Translations under genes and position numbers: made by a program | In this document: piece after piece, positions 9,592-17,542 of the stretch | Layout of the letters: each line of letters starts with the position of its first letter | Numbering within the stretch: the stretch's first letter is position 1 | Notes under the pieces: generated by a model | Database searches by the model: none | What the model was told of the DNA's origin: nothing | The model's input: only the letters and a program-made list of their open reading frames with translations | Origin: a virus | Taxonomy: Duplodnaviria > Caudoviricetes | Length of the DNA stretch: 48,758 nucleotides | Direction: 5' to 3' (one strand) | IMG/VR virus record: IMGVR_UViG_3300027902_000002 | Span: 1 to 48,758 of that record

Positions 9592-11307
9592 TTAGAATCC
9601 TCGTAGTATGCCACGTTCCTTCATGTATTGCTTAACGCCGGCTATTAAGTGCGAATCGTCATGTGCTCGGGCCTTAACCGTTTGTACATCCTGCGGGTTG
9701 GCTATGGGTGTCTTAGCAGTCTCCGGCTGAGCTGTGCTGGGTGCTGCTTGTCCTACCGGGTTAATGCCACCCGGTGGGATGGGTGGTACAATATTAACAG
9801 GGGTGGGTGGACCGGGTGCCTTTTCCTTAAAGTCCACATTAACATCGGTGAATTGCTCAACCGCCTCTTTAACAAGGTCTTGGAACCATTGCTCATCCCC
9901 AGAGATGTTCCCGTACTGGAAGTAGGGTTGTAAAGCATTCAACAAGCCTATAACATCTTCATCAGTAACCGTCTCGAAGCTAAAGTTCGGATACTTATCA
10001 ACATTGTAATTCATGTCCACTAATTCCTTTATCTTCGATTCAAAGAGCGATGCGATGTCCTCATGAATACCATCCAAGACCGTTGCGAGTACGTCCGCAT
10101 GAGTCTTACTTTGGGCATAGCTGCCTGATGCTTCGGTCTGTCCCAGTATAAGGCTTCCTATCATGAAGCGACGGAAAATCATGGTATCATGGTAGGCGAT
10201 AGCACTTTGGAAGCCCTCTCCCTTCTGCCCTGTCTCAAGGAGTCCGAGTTCGTCGGCTATATTAGTAACCATGTTCGTACGACCCTCCTTAATCTGGTCG
10301 AGGCTATCCATCATCTTGGATTCATCCGCCGGGTTAGCAATCTTCCCATAGAGTGTAGGGCTCTGTAATTTCTGTAAAAAGATATTGTACCATTTTAGTA
10401 TCTTCCTTTTCATAAACCAATGGTCATACACCTGCTTCAGGATACTGCGACCATATTTGTTCCCGAACTCCTCATCAAAGCTGTATATAAGACACTTTTC
10501 GGGTGGTATCTCCACATAGCCCTCTATACCGCCATAGTATTGACGTATGCTCTCTACGTCGCCATACTCATTATAAACGAAACAACTATCCAAGGTCTCT
10601 ATGTCGATAGATTTAACATCGTCCCACACAATCTGATTCTTAGCGTCATCATAGCGATATATAATCTCTGATATGCTGAAACCATAGGGAATAGCGGTGT
10701 AAATGTCTTTGCGGATACGTCGCATGGTTGTTTTCATGTCTCCGAGCATATCTTCCACGAAATCCGCAACCTCTTCATTAAGGGTCTGTTCTGGGCTTTT
10801 AATGGGTTCTATGGGTGTGGGTTTGGGTGGTTCTGGAACGGGTTGCCCTGTCAAAGGCGATACGGGTTTATCGGGTTGTATGGATGGTGATGTTGTTTCA
10901 AAGGTAGGAGCAGCAGTCCCTTCTAATGTAATGATGTTAGGCTCCGCAGTATCCTTAGACAACACCTCAGGAACCGGCTGAGTTTCATCCGGCTGCATTG
11001 GAACCTCCTCAACCTCTAAGATATGCTCACTGGCTGGCGTTATAATAAAGTCCTTCGATAAAAGGGTGTATGTTATAAGGTCCAACCCCGCCCTGATTTG
11101 AGCATCCAAGTCCACCATACGCTGATAATCCTCAATGCCTCTGTCTGGATTGTACGTTTCGCCAAACATCTGCCCAAACCACGTTTCTTTCGGCTTACTT
11201 AATCGTTGGCCTAATAGGCGTGGTAAGGTCTTAGATGGGACGTTGCCGAGTGCTGAGGCGGCTGCTCGTAATCTAAGGGTTGTTCCTTCAAACATGATAC
11301 TATTCAC
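9592..11307 (-). CDS. Portal protein (Mu gp29/DUF935-like)
   Basis: AIPYGFSISEIIY, NKYGRSILK, GSYAQSKTH motifs; lies downstream of TerL. Confidence 0.88.
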   Translation of the reverse strand: MNSIMFEGTTLRLRAAASALGNVPSKTLPRLLGQRLSKPKETWFGQMFGETYNPDRGIEDYQRMVDLDAQIRAGLDLITYTLLSKDFIITPASEHILEVEEVPMQPDETQPVPEVLSKDTAEPNIITLEGTAAPTFETTSPSIQPDKPVSPLTGQPVPEPPKPTPIEPIKSPEQTLNEEVADFVEDMLGDMKTTMRRIRKDIYTAIPYGFSISEIIYRYDDAKNQIVWDDVKSIDIETLDSCFVYNEYGDVESIRQYYGGIEGYVEIPPEKCLIYSFDEEFGNKYGRSILKQVYDHWFMKRKILKWYNIFLQKLQSPTLYGKIANPADESKMMDSLDQIKEGRTNMVTNIADELGLLETGQKGEGFQSAIAYHDTMIFRRFMIGSLILGQTEASGSYAQSKTHADVLATVLDGIHEDIASLFESKIKELVDMNYNVDKYPNFSFETVTDEDVIGLLNALQPYFQYGNISGDEQWFQDLVKEAVEQFTDVNVDFKEKAPGPPTPVNIVPPIPPGGINPVGQAAPSTAQPETAKTPIANPQDVQTVKARAHDDSHLIAGVKQYMKERGILRGF

Positions 11308-11311
11308 ATCC

Positions 11312-11539
11312 TTATATTGCGTCTAACTTAATGAACTTGAACGTAACGCCTTCAATCCTACTATGGGCAAAAGACTCGAAGCGTTTAGGAGCGAACTGCA
11401 TCGTCGATGGTTCTGGAGGTATTTGCTTGTCGTATTCCTTCAGATAATCCCTTAGTAAGTCAGTTACGTCTTTATGCTGCAAATTAGTCGCAAGCAATAG
11501 GCCGTTCAATTCAAATATTTTTAGTTGTCTCACCGTCAT
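11312..11539 (-). CDS. Hypothetical protein (75 aa)
   Basis: GAGGTGA RBS; co-oriented. Confidence 0.65.
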   Translation of the reverse strand: MTVRQLKIFELNGLLLATNLQHKDVTDLLRDYLKEYDKQIPPEPSTMQFAPKRFESFAHSRIEGVTFKFIKLDAI

Positions 11540-11561
11540 TTAAATCACCTCATACTGTTTG

Positions 11562-11732
11562 TTACCTGTCCTCTAATGTATCTGAGGTTTCACCAGCCTC
11601 TGATTCGTCATCGAAGTAACCATCATCTATATAATCCCACACATACCGTTTCATCTCCATTCGGAGTTTGTGAGCCTGCTGTTTCCTTATCTGCCTGATA
11701 CTATGACGCCTACGCTTACTATCAGCACTCAT
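11562..11732 (-). CDS. Small hypothetical protein with basic N-terminus and acidic C-terminus
   Basis: Likely start MSADSKRRR at 11732, just after the methyltransferase stop. Confidence 0.55.
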   Translation of the reverse strand: MSADSKRRRHSIRQIRKQQAHKLRMEMKRYVWDYIDDGYFDDESEAGETSDTLEDR

Positions 11733-11733
11733 A

Positions 11734-12384
11734 CTAACCCCTACCAAGTTTAAGGTCATGCCAAGTCTTCTGTTCCTTCTCAAAGACCACTAACCCCGGA
11801 TAAAAGTGAATGCCCTGCAATGAGAACGTGAAATCCAATACGGCTTGCTCTGGGTTCATGTCTTGGGTAACATTCAAAGAATCTATCAACTTCTTAGCCA
11901 AAGCCATGAACGTGAAGGGCTGGTCCTGTCCGCCTCCATACGCCGGCCAATAACTGGTATAAACATCCTCACAGACATAGATACCATTCGGCTGGACGTG
12001 TGGGTACAGTTGCTCGAAAGACTGGATTTGCTGTCCCATAACATGGCTGCAATCGTCGATTAAAATATCAACCCGTGGCATCGTGGCCTTTAGGTCGTCT
12101 AAAACTTCGGGTAGGTTCACATCACCAACGTATAATGTAATCTGGTCATCCTCCACACTCCTCGCGGTGTCTGAGATGTCCACACCCATCACCTTGCAGT
12201 TTGGGCCGAAGTAATCACGCCACAGCTCCAAAGAACCGCCCTTATACGCTCCAAGTTCCAATACGTGCACATCAGTCCCTATATACCTATCAAAGTGCAA
12301 CGGGTACACCCTGAAGAAATTGGGCGGCTTGTTAACCGGCCTACGCACATTAATCGTCTGTGCAATCGTTTCCATACTATCCAT
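11734..12384 (-). CDS. Class I SAM-dependent methyltransferase (sugar O-methyltransferase-like)
   Basis: VLELGAYKGGSL, GVDI, DILIDDCSH, GIYVCEDVYTSYW motifs. Confidence 0.85.
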   Translation of the reverse strand: MDSMETIAQTINVRRPVNKPPNFFRVYPLHFDRYIGTDVHVLELGAYKGGSLELWRDYFGPNCKVMGVDISDTARSVEDDQITLYVGDVNLPEVLDDLKATMPRVDILIDDCSHVMGQQIQSFEQLYPHVQPNGIYVCEDVYTSYWPAYGGGQDQPFTFMALAKKLIDSLNVTQDMNPEQAVLDFTFSLQGIHFYPGLVVFEKEQKTWHDLKLGRG

Positions 12385-12537
12385 AAAAAATTACTCCCCT
12401 AATATCGCTCCTTTACTCAAAAACCACGGTCGAATTATGTCCAATGACGAATCCGAGTCCAATCCATCCGCCGATACATAAATTTCTTGAAAGAAGCACG
12501 GAGCACGCTCCGATTCTTAACGGCACCCGCAAACTTC

Positions 12538-14013
12538 TTAGAATCTTCTGGCATTGCGACGTTCTCCGTGTATATAATCCCAATCCGCAAAGTCATACGT
12601 ACTCTTAGACGTTACGCCTTGCATACGTGGCTGTACTGCGAAGGACAGCATCATTTCAGTCGCGTCAAGCATATCGTCATACCTTCCCTTGTTGAATGTT
12701 AAAAACTCGCCCGTAAATGCCTTGGTTAATGGGTGGTTCGTAGGAAGCCACACTTTATGATTCGCGAACGCTAAGAACCGCTGCTGAATGCGGGCTGTTT
12801 TGTCCGTTGTATGCGGTATACTGACTATTGGTAGGTTCCTTGTGGTTAGTATCTGTTGTGGGAGTGCCTTTTGGTAAGCAACGTCCTCTATGCCTATGGT
12901 TACGGGTCTGTGCTCATCATGTTGCTCTATAACCCGCGTTACCTGTGTAGGGAAGTCTATATGCTCCCTTGTCCAATCAACGATGTACACGTCTTGGGTT
13001 TGGTTATCCACCCATCCTGTGCATGAACAGGTGTAGTCGGCTGTATCTCGCTCACTTATAGCCAAATCCCATGCCTGATAACACGTATAACTTGTAGGGT
13101 CTTTGGGGATAATATCGTAATATTGAAGCCAATCCTCTTTAAGAAGCCCACCTTCGGGCTTTTGTGGATTGCCCTGATATAGGGCGTTGAACCAGTAATC
13201 GCCTATCTCTTCACGTATTATCTCGAGTCTATCTATCGGATAACGCTCAGGCCATAATGCCTCGCCCTCCATGCGTCCTAATGGGTCATCCTGTTCTGCA
13301 ATAGCCGGCAATCGAAGAACCCTCCAGTCCTCGCCTGATTCCTGTAATATACGCCCGGCCAAATCATCTTCATGCCAACGCGTTAAAATCAAGAAGGTGG
13401 ATGCTCCGGGTTCTAATCGGGTGAAGGCGGTGGATAGGTACCATTGCCATGCTGCCTCCCGATATACTTCGCTTTTTGCTTCTTTATCGCTCTTAATAGG
13501 GTCGTCTATGACGAATAGGTTGGCTCCGCGTCCTGTTATAGCACCACCAAGTCCTGCGGTGTTCATACCACCCATACGGTTAAGTATGTCCCACCTATTC
13601 CTTGCACTGCTTTGTGTGTCTATGGTTAGGCCAAACAAGTCCGCATTGCGTGTTAAAACATCACGTGCCTTAGCACCCCACGATGCTGCAAAGTCCGCCT
13701 CATAACTGGCTAAAATAACTCTATTGTCTGGATAGTTGGCTATATACCAAGCCGGTGTGTATTCGCTAATCAATGTGGATTTACCGTGTCTTGGTGGTAG
13801 GATAACAATTCCCCGGCTGTCTGGAGCCGTGGCTACATCGATAATAAAATCTGTGATTGCATAAAGATGGCGGGCCGGCTGCCAATGCTTATTCGTGTCG
13901 CTTATCGCCAGTCTCATCGGAGTCAGAAGCTCGTCCACTTCCCTCGAGCTCTGTAAGGAGCCGGGAAGCTGTTTTCCTAAGCTCCGGGTCTGCAAGGATT
14001 TTCTTCGCATCAT
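12538..14013 (-). CDS. terL: Terminase large subunit (start codon uncertain)
   Basis: Walker A PPRHGKS, GRGANLFVIDDP, TRWHEDDLAG, nuclease motifs WDLA and YDDMLDA. Confidence 0.95.
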   Translation of the reverse strand: MMRRKSLQTRSLGKQLPGSLQSSREVDELLTPMRLAISDTNKHWQPARHLYAITDFIIDVATAPDSRGIVILPPRHGKSTLISEYTPAWYIANYPDNRVILASYEADFAASWGAKARDVLTRNADLFGLTIDTQSSARNRWDILNRMGGMNTAGLGGAITGRGANLFVIDDPIKSDKEAKSEVYREAAWQWYLSTAFTRLEPGASTFLILTRWHEDDLAGRILQESGEDWRVLRLPAIAEQDDPLGRMEGEALWPERYPIDRLEIIREEIGDYWFNALYQGNPQKPEGGLLKEDWLQYYDIIPKDPTSYTCYQAWDLAISERDTADYTCSCTGWVDNQTQDVYIVDWTREHIDFPTQVTRVIEQHDEHRPVTIGIEDVAYQKALPQQILTTRNLPIVSIPHTTDKTARIQQRFLAFANHKVWLPTNHPLTKAFTGEFLTFNKGRYDDMLDATEMMLSFAVQPRMQGVTSKSTYDFADWDYIHGERRNARRF

Positions 14014-14374
14014 CCGATAACGTCGCCTCCTTCGTTAATTTACCCTCATGCTTCATCTCCACCCTCTGCATCTTACCAAACTTCTGAGGACGCGTCCTCT
14101 CAAGATACCAAGCACACGCCGTCCAATTACCAGCCAAACAAGCCTCACGAACCGGCGAAAGCCAAACATCAACAGCCCGCTCCCTAGCCTTTTTTACAGC
14201 GTCCGAAAAGTCCTTATATCGTCCAGAACGGGCTGTGCGGCCTTTGCGTAGCCATCCGTAGAAGGTTTCTTTGCCTATGCCTGCGAGTGTGTAGGCTGTT
14301 TTGTCGTAGTGGCCTTGTTCTAGTGCTTGTATTATCTTTTGTTGGGTTTTTGGGTTGAGTTTTCCTGTTCCCAT
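13889..14374 (-). CDS. terS: Terminase small subunit
   Basis: N-terminal HTH (AGIGKETFYGWL) and WTACAWYLER motif; directly upstream of and overlapping terL. Confidence 0.8.
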   Translation of the reverse strand: MGTGKLNPKTQQKIIQALEQGHYDKTAYTLAGIGKETFYGWLRKGRTARSGRYKDFSDAVKKARERAVDVWLSPVREACLAGNWTACAWYLERTRPQKFGKMQRVEMKHEGKLTKEATLSDDAKKILADPELRKTASRLLTELEGSGRASDSDETGDKRHE

Positions 14375-14393
14375 TTTGCTTGTTCTCCTGTCT

Positions 14394-14558
14394 TTATTTT
14401 GTGTTTTGGGTGTCCCATTGGGTGTATATGTAGAGGGCTATTGCTATCCATGCTATGGCTGTGGGGATGTGTTCGTAGGGTGATTCGGTTACGGCGGTTA
14501 TTATGAGGGTGGTTGCGACTGCGAGGAGTAGTGCGGTCATGTAGTTTTTTTCTATCAT
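14394..14558 (-). CDS. Small membrane protein (two TM segments)
   Basis: Likely start MIEKNY at 14558; two hydrophobic stretches. Confidence 0.6.
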   Translation of the reverse strand: MIEKNYMTALLLAVATTLIITAVTESPYEHIPTAIAWIAIALYIYTQWDTQNTK

Positions 14559-14587
14559 TTTGTTTTTTTTCCCTTTTTTTTGGGGTT

Positions 14588-14803
14588 TTATGAGTGGTAG
14601 GATGGGAGTTTGGAGGTGTATATGTAGTAGGCTATCCATGCTATCCATAGTCCGCTTGCCATGTGCATTACGGCTCCGTAGAAGATGGCTATGTCGTCTT
14701 GTATGAGTGGGTTGAAGGTGATTACTCCTTGGGTTACTGTTATGATGCTCCAGATGGCTATGTAGATGCCTAAGGTCGATAAATTAAACTCTCTTCTTTC
14801 CAT
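14588..14803 (-). CDS. Small membrane protein (two TM segments)
   Basis: Two hydrophobic stretches; co-oriented. Confidence 0.6.
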   Translation of the reverse strand: MERREFNLSTLGIYIAIWSIITVTQGVITFNPLIQDDIAIFYGAVMHMASGLWIAWIAYYIYTSKLPSYHS

Positions 14804-14809
14804 ATTTTA

Positions 14810-15331
14810 TCACTTGTATATGTAGCTTAATGTGGCTAATATGACTGCTATGATGGCGACTATGATTGGCAGTAGTCTTAGGTTGGTGTCTCGGTCTATG
14901 TCTTCGTGTCGTTCGCTCTTTCGTATTGCGGCTTCTGTTGCGTCCTCGGCTAATTTGGTTTTCCTTTCTAATTCTTTGATTCGGTCTCTTATGTTGCCTA
15001 ACTGGTCGTTGAAGGTGTTAACGGTTCGTCCTATCCTTATCATCCTTCGTGAAATTTCTATGCTTTCGGTTGCGAGGTCGTCGAGTTGTACGCCGGCGGC
15101 TGCTAATCCGCGTTCTACTCCGGTTACTCTTTGGGTGTCGCTGAGTTTGCTGGGCTGTTGCATCTCTGTTAATGCTTCTTTAACCGCCCTTTTGATTTCC
15201 GAGTCCTTTAAACGTTTTTCCTTCCTTTTTAGTTTATCTTCATCAGAGGGTGTATTATCTGAGTTGTTACTGTAATACTGTTCCATTCCTTGTATGGGTG
15301 TAGCATTTTTGTTATTATCATTATTAACCAT
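14810..15331 (-). CDS. Coiled-coil protein with C-terminal membrane anchor
   Basis: Heptad-rich body; C-terminal LLPIIVAIIAVILATLSYI. Confidence 0.7.
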   Translation of the reverse strand: MVNNDNNKNATPIQGMEQYYSNNSDNTPSDEDKLKRKEKRLKDSEIKRAVKEALTEMQQPSKLSDTQRVTGVERGLAAAGVQLDDLATESIEISRRMIRIGRTVNTFNDQLGNIRDRIKELERKTKLAEDATEAAIRKSERHEDIDRDTNLRLLPIIVAIIAVILATLSYIYK

Positions 15332-15377
15332 TTATCCGTGTCCATTAAGATTTATCAATATTATAATAAGTTTAGGT

Positions 15378-15475
15378 GGGGTTACAGGCTCTTGGCATCC
15401 CTCAGCACTTTTAAAATAGTTGTAGGTGGGTGGCTGAGGGTGTAGGATGAGAAACCCTGCCGGCCCTGTAACCCC
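15378..15475 (-). ncRNA. Candidate structured RNA or DNA element (nested long hairpin)
   Basis: 11-bp inverted repeat 15378-15388/15465-15475 enclosing an 8-bp stem 15399-15406/15433-15440; intergenic. Confidence 0.5.
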
Positions 15476-15497
15476 GGTGATATACTCAGAAACCGAG

Positions 15498-15716
15498 TTA
15501 CTGTTCCTGAGGTGGCTCACTTTGAACTTCTGGGACCGCTTGGCCCTGTTCCTTAACATATTCACGTAAAAACACTATAATCATACCGAATATGACAGAA
15601 ACCCATGCCCAGAGTCCGGATTGTGGTATTAAAACCGCAATGGAGGGTGCTGAGCTTATAAGAGCTGTTGCGAGGATTAGAAGTATTGCATTCAAAAGAC
15701 GATATTTAGGGTCCAT
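15498..15716 (-). CDS. Holin-like two-TM membrane protein
   Basis: 72 aa, two TM helices, charged hydrophilic tail, GGAGGTGA RBS. Confidence 0.55.
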   Translation of the reverse strand: MDPKYRLLNAILLILATALISSAPSIAVLIPQSGLWAWVSVIFGMIIVFLREYVKEQGQAVPEVQSEPPQEQ

Positions 15717-15739
15717 ACTGTTTCACCTCCCTTTAAATT

Positions 15740-15955
15740 CTATTTCATCTTATCAAATTGACTTAATGCCAGTTCCACATCATTTCTCTGGACTGTTACC
15801 CTTTTAGCGTGGCGTGCGTTCCTCCATGCGAGGGTGGCTATATTCTCCGCGTATTCTTCCAACGCTGCCTTTAGGAACTCTGTACCATCATAAGAAACTC
15901 TTATGGGCCCGGCTTCCTTGATTATCTTCCATATTGGCCTATGTTTCAACTCCAT
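15740..15955 (-). CDS. Archaeal HMf-family histone
   Basis: Gap-free match to the HMfA/B pattern: MEL..PI..IIK.AG..RVS, LEE...IA..A...ARHA.R.T....D.ELA; GGAGGTGA RBS. Confidence 0.93.
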   Translation of the reverse strand: MELKHRPIWKIIKEAGPIRVSYDGTEFLKAALEEYAENIATLAWRNARHAKRVTVQRNDVELALSQFDKMK

Positions 15956-15956
15956 G

Positions 15957-16508
15957 TTAAATCACCTCCCATGGGTACATTATCCCATCCGCGGGTGGAC
16001 CTTGTAGTACAAGACCGCAATGGTGGCATACGACCTCCGCACGTTTATAGTCCTTCATAATGTCCTGCGAGTAACATTCAACGCACGTGGAGATAGGTAA
16101 ACCTGTTATTAAGGTTAGATTATGCTGGAAATAATCATTAGCCGTCGCATAGGGATGCGTTACCATAATTCCAATCTCCGATTTAAACCTTTTATCCTTA
16201 CTAATAACCGTGGAAAATAAAACTCTATTCCGTTCACGCCTAACCACGACCGATTCTATCTGTATATCGTCAATGCGGTGAGCTCCAATCATTGCCGTTC
16301 CCATCTTCTTTAACTCTGTCTCCCGCCTGTTTTTCCACCTATAAGCCCGCTGGTAGTTTCTTTTCTGCTCGAGCAACGCTTCCTTCTTACAGGTGTCAGA
16401 GCAGTATTTACTGTTCCCATGACTGTACTCGAACCAGTCAGGGCACCATTTACATTTCCGCCATATTTCGGGCGTTGCCGTTACATAGGCGGGCGTTACG
16501 GTGGACAT
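15957..16508 (-). CDS. Zn-finger protein with C-terminal TFIIB/TFB-type zinc ribbon; candidate late transcription regulator
   Basis: N-terminal CKWC...YCSDTC; C-terminal CVECYSQDIMKDYKRAEVVCHHCGLVL matches the TFB ribbon pattern CxxC...D..RAE.VCxxCGLV. Confidence 0.75.
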   Translation of the reverse strand: MSTVTPAYVTATPEIWRKCKWCPDWFEYSHGNSKYCSDTCKKEALLEQKRNYQRAYRWKNRRETELKKMGTAMIGAHRIDDIQIESVVVRRERNRVLFSTVISKDKRFKSEIGIMVTHPYATANDYFQHNLTLITGLPISTCVECYSQDIMKDYKRAEVVCHHCGLVLQGPPADGIMYPWEVI

Positions 16509-16669
16509 TTATCTAATTCCACCTCTTCGGCTTGGATATGGTAATATACACCTGAATTGAAGAGTTCATCCACTTTGCGGCTTGCATCGTAAGGATTTTT
16601 ATAGAACTTAATAAAGGTGTTTCCGATGGTTATATCTTCATCAGTGCACCATATGACCCTATAACACAT
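16496..16669 (-). CDS. Hypothetical protein (57 aa)
   Basis: MCYRVIWCTDED...; fills the gap between neighbours; below ORF-track cutoff. Confidence 0.5.
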   Translation of the reverse strand: MCYRVIWCTDEDITIGNTFIKFYKNPYDASRKVDELFNSGVYYHIQAEEVELDKCPP

Positions 16670-16671
16670 TT

Positions 16672-17214
16672 TTATTCTACCTTTGTGAGTTTATAATCTA
16701 TCAGAGGATGTTCTTTGAAGCCAGAGGGCTTAAACGCTAAGAGAAAGACTCCCGGGGTCTCCCAGTCATCCTCCGCTCTTAGAATCACCATATCTTGAAA
16801 TATGAATAAAATGTCGCCAACGGTATAACGCCAATAGTCGTAGGGGAAGTCGTGCTTTGGGAATCCCGGGCCACGGGTGGTTAGTATTATGCATCCGCCG
16901 GTTTTAACCACGCCTTTAAGATTGTGGATTACATCTTGCCAGTTTTCCACGTGTTCCATTAACTCCGTGCAAACCACTAAGTCGAACGCACCCACCCCGA
17001 ATGCGTCTATCAGGTCCTCAGCATTCACGATTTCATCAACACCCCTTCCTTCTTCGATGTCCACACCTATATATTCCTTAGGCTTCATCTCTTCGATTAA
17101 TGGTCTTAGGGAGCCGTTCAAATCTTTGCTACCTACTTCTAAGACTGTTTTATTGGTTATCATGGCTTCTGTGAGCTGGGTTTCGCCAAACATCAAACAA
17201 GATACATGACACAT
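16672..17214 (-). CDS. Class I SAM-dependent methyltransferase (Methyltransf_11-like)
   Basis: VLEVGS.D.NGS, YIGVD, FDLVVCTELMEHV, H.FP.DYWR motifs. Confidence 0.85.
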   Translation of the reverse strand: MCHVSCLMFGETQLTEAMITNKTVLEVGSKDLNGSLRPLIEEMKPKEYIGVDIEEGRGVDEIVNAEDLIDAFGVGAFDLVVCTELMEHVENWQDVIHNLKGVVKTGGCIILTTRGPGFPKHDFPYDYWRYTVGDILFIFQDMVILRAEDDWETPGVFLLAFKPSGFKEHPLIDYKLTKVE

Positions 17215-17325
17215 TTTAATCCTCCTTGCGGTCTTTTTTCTTTGTTTGGCTTGCTTTTTTTAAGATTTTAAACCATTCGGCTTCGCTAACCTCTTTTTCA
17301 TTATAGAAATACACGTTCTCCATCC

Positions 17326-17529
17326 TTAATCCTCCTTAAATTCTTTAGACTGAGTTATTTTGATTTCTAAGTTCACTTCAGAGCGTATATAAACAGGCCA
17401 CGGCTCGTTAATGGTCATAATCATGTCAGCGTCTGCTGAAGCATTAAAATCGAGATATAAGTCTTCACCGTCCTTTAATTTTTCTTCTAATAACTCTATT
17501 AATGCCCTTTTTTTTATAGGATACCGCAT
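17326..17529 (-). CDS. Hypothetical protein
   Basis: AGGAGG RBS before MRYPIKK at 17529. Confidence 0.6.
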   Translation of the reverse strand: MRYPIKKRALIELLEEKLKDGEDLYLDFNASADADMIMTINEPWPVYIRSEVNLEIKITQSKEFKED

Positions 17530-17542
17530 TCTAACGCCTCCT

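Noticed and set aside
10785-11025. Portal insertion as an intein
   Set aside because: No N-terminal Cys/Ser block or His-Asn splice junction; low-complexity sequence
15332-15565. 77-aa minus-strand ORF
   Set aside because: Overlaps the holin-like gene, lacks an RBS and runs through the inverted-repeat element
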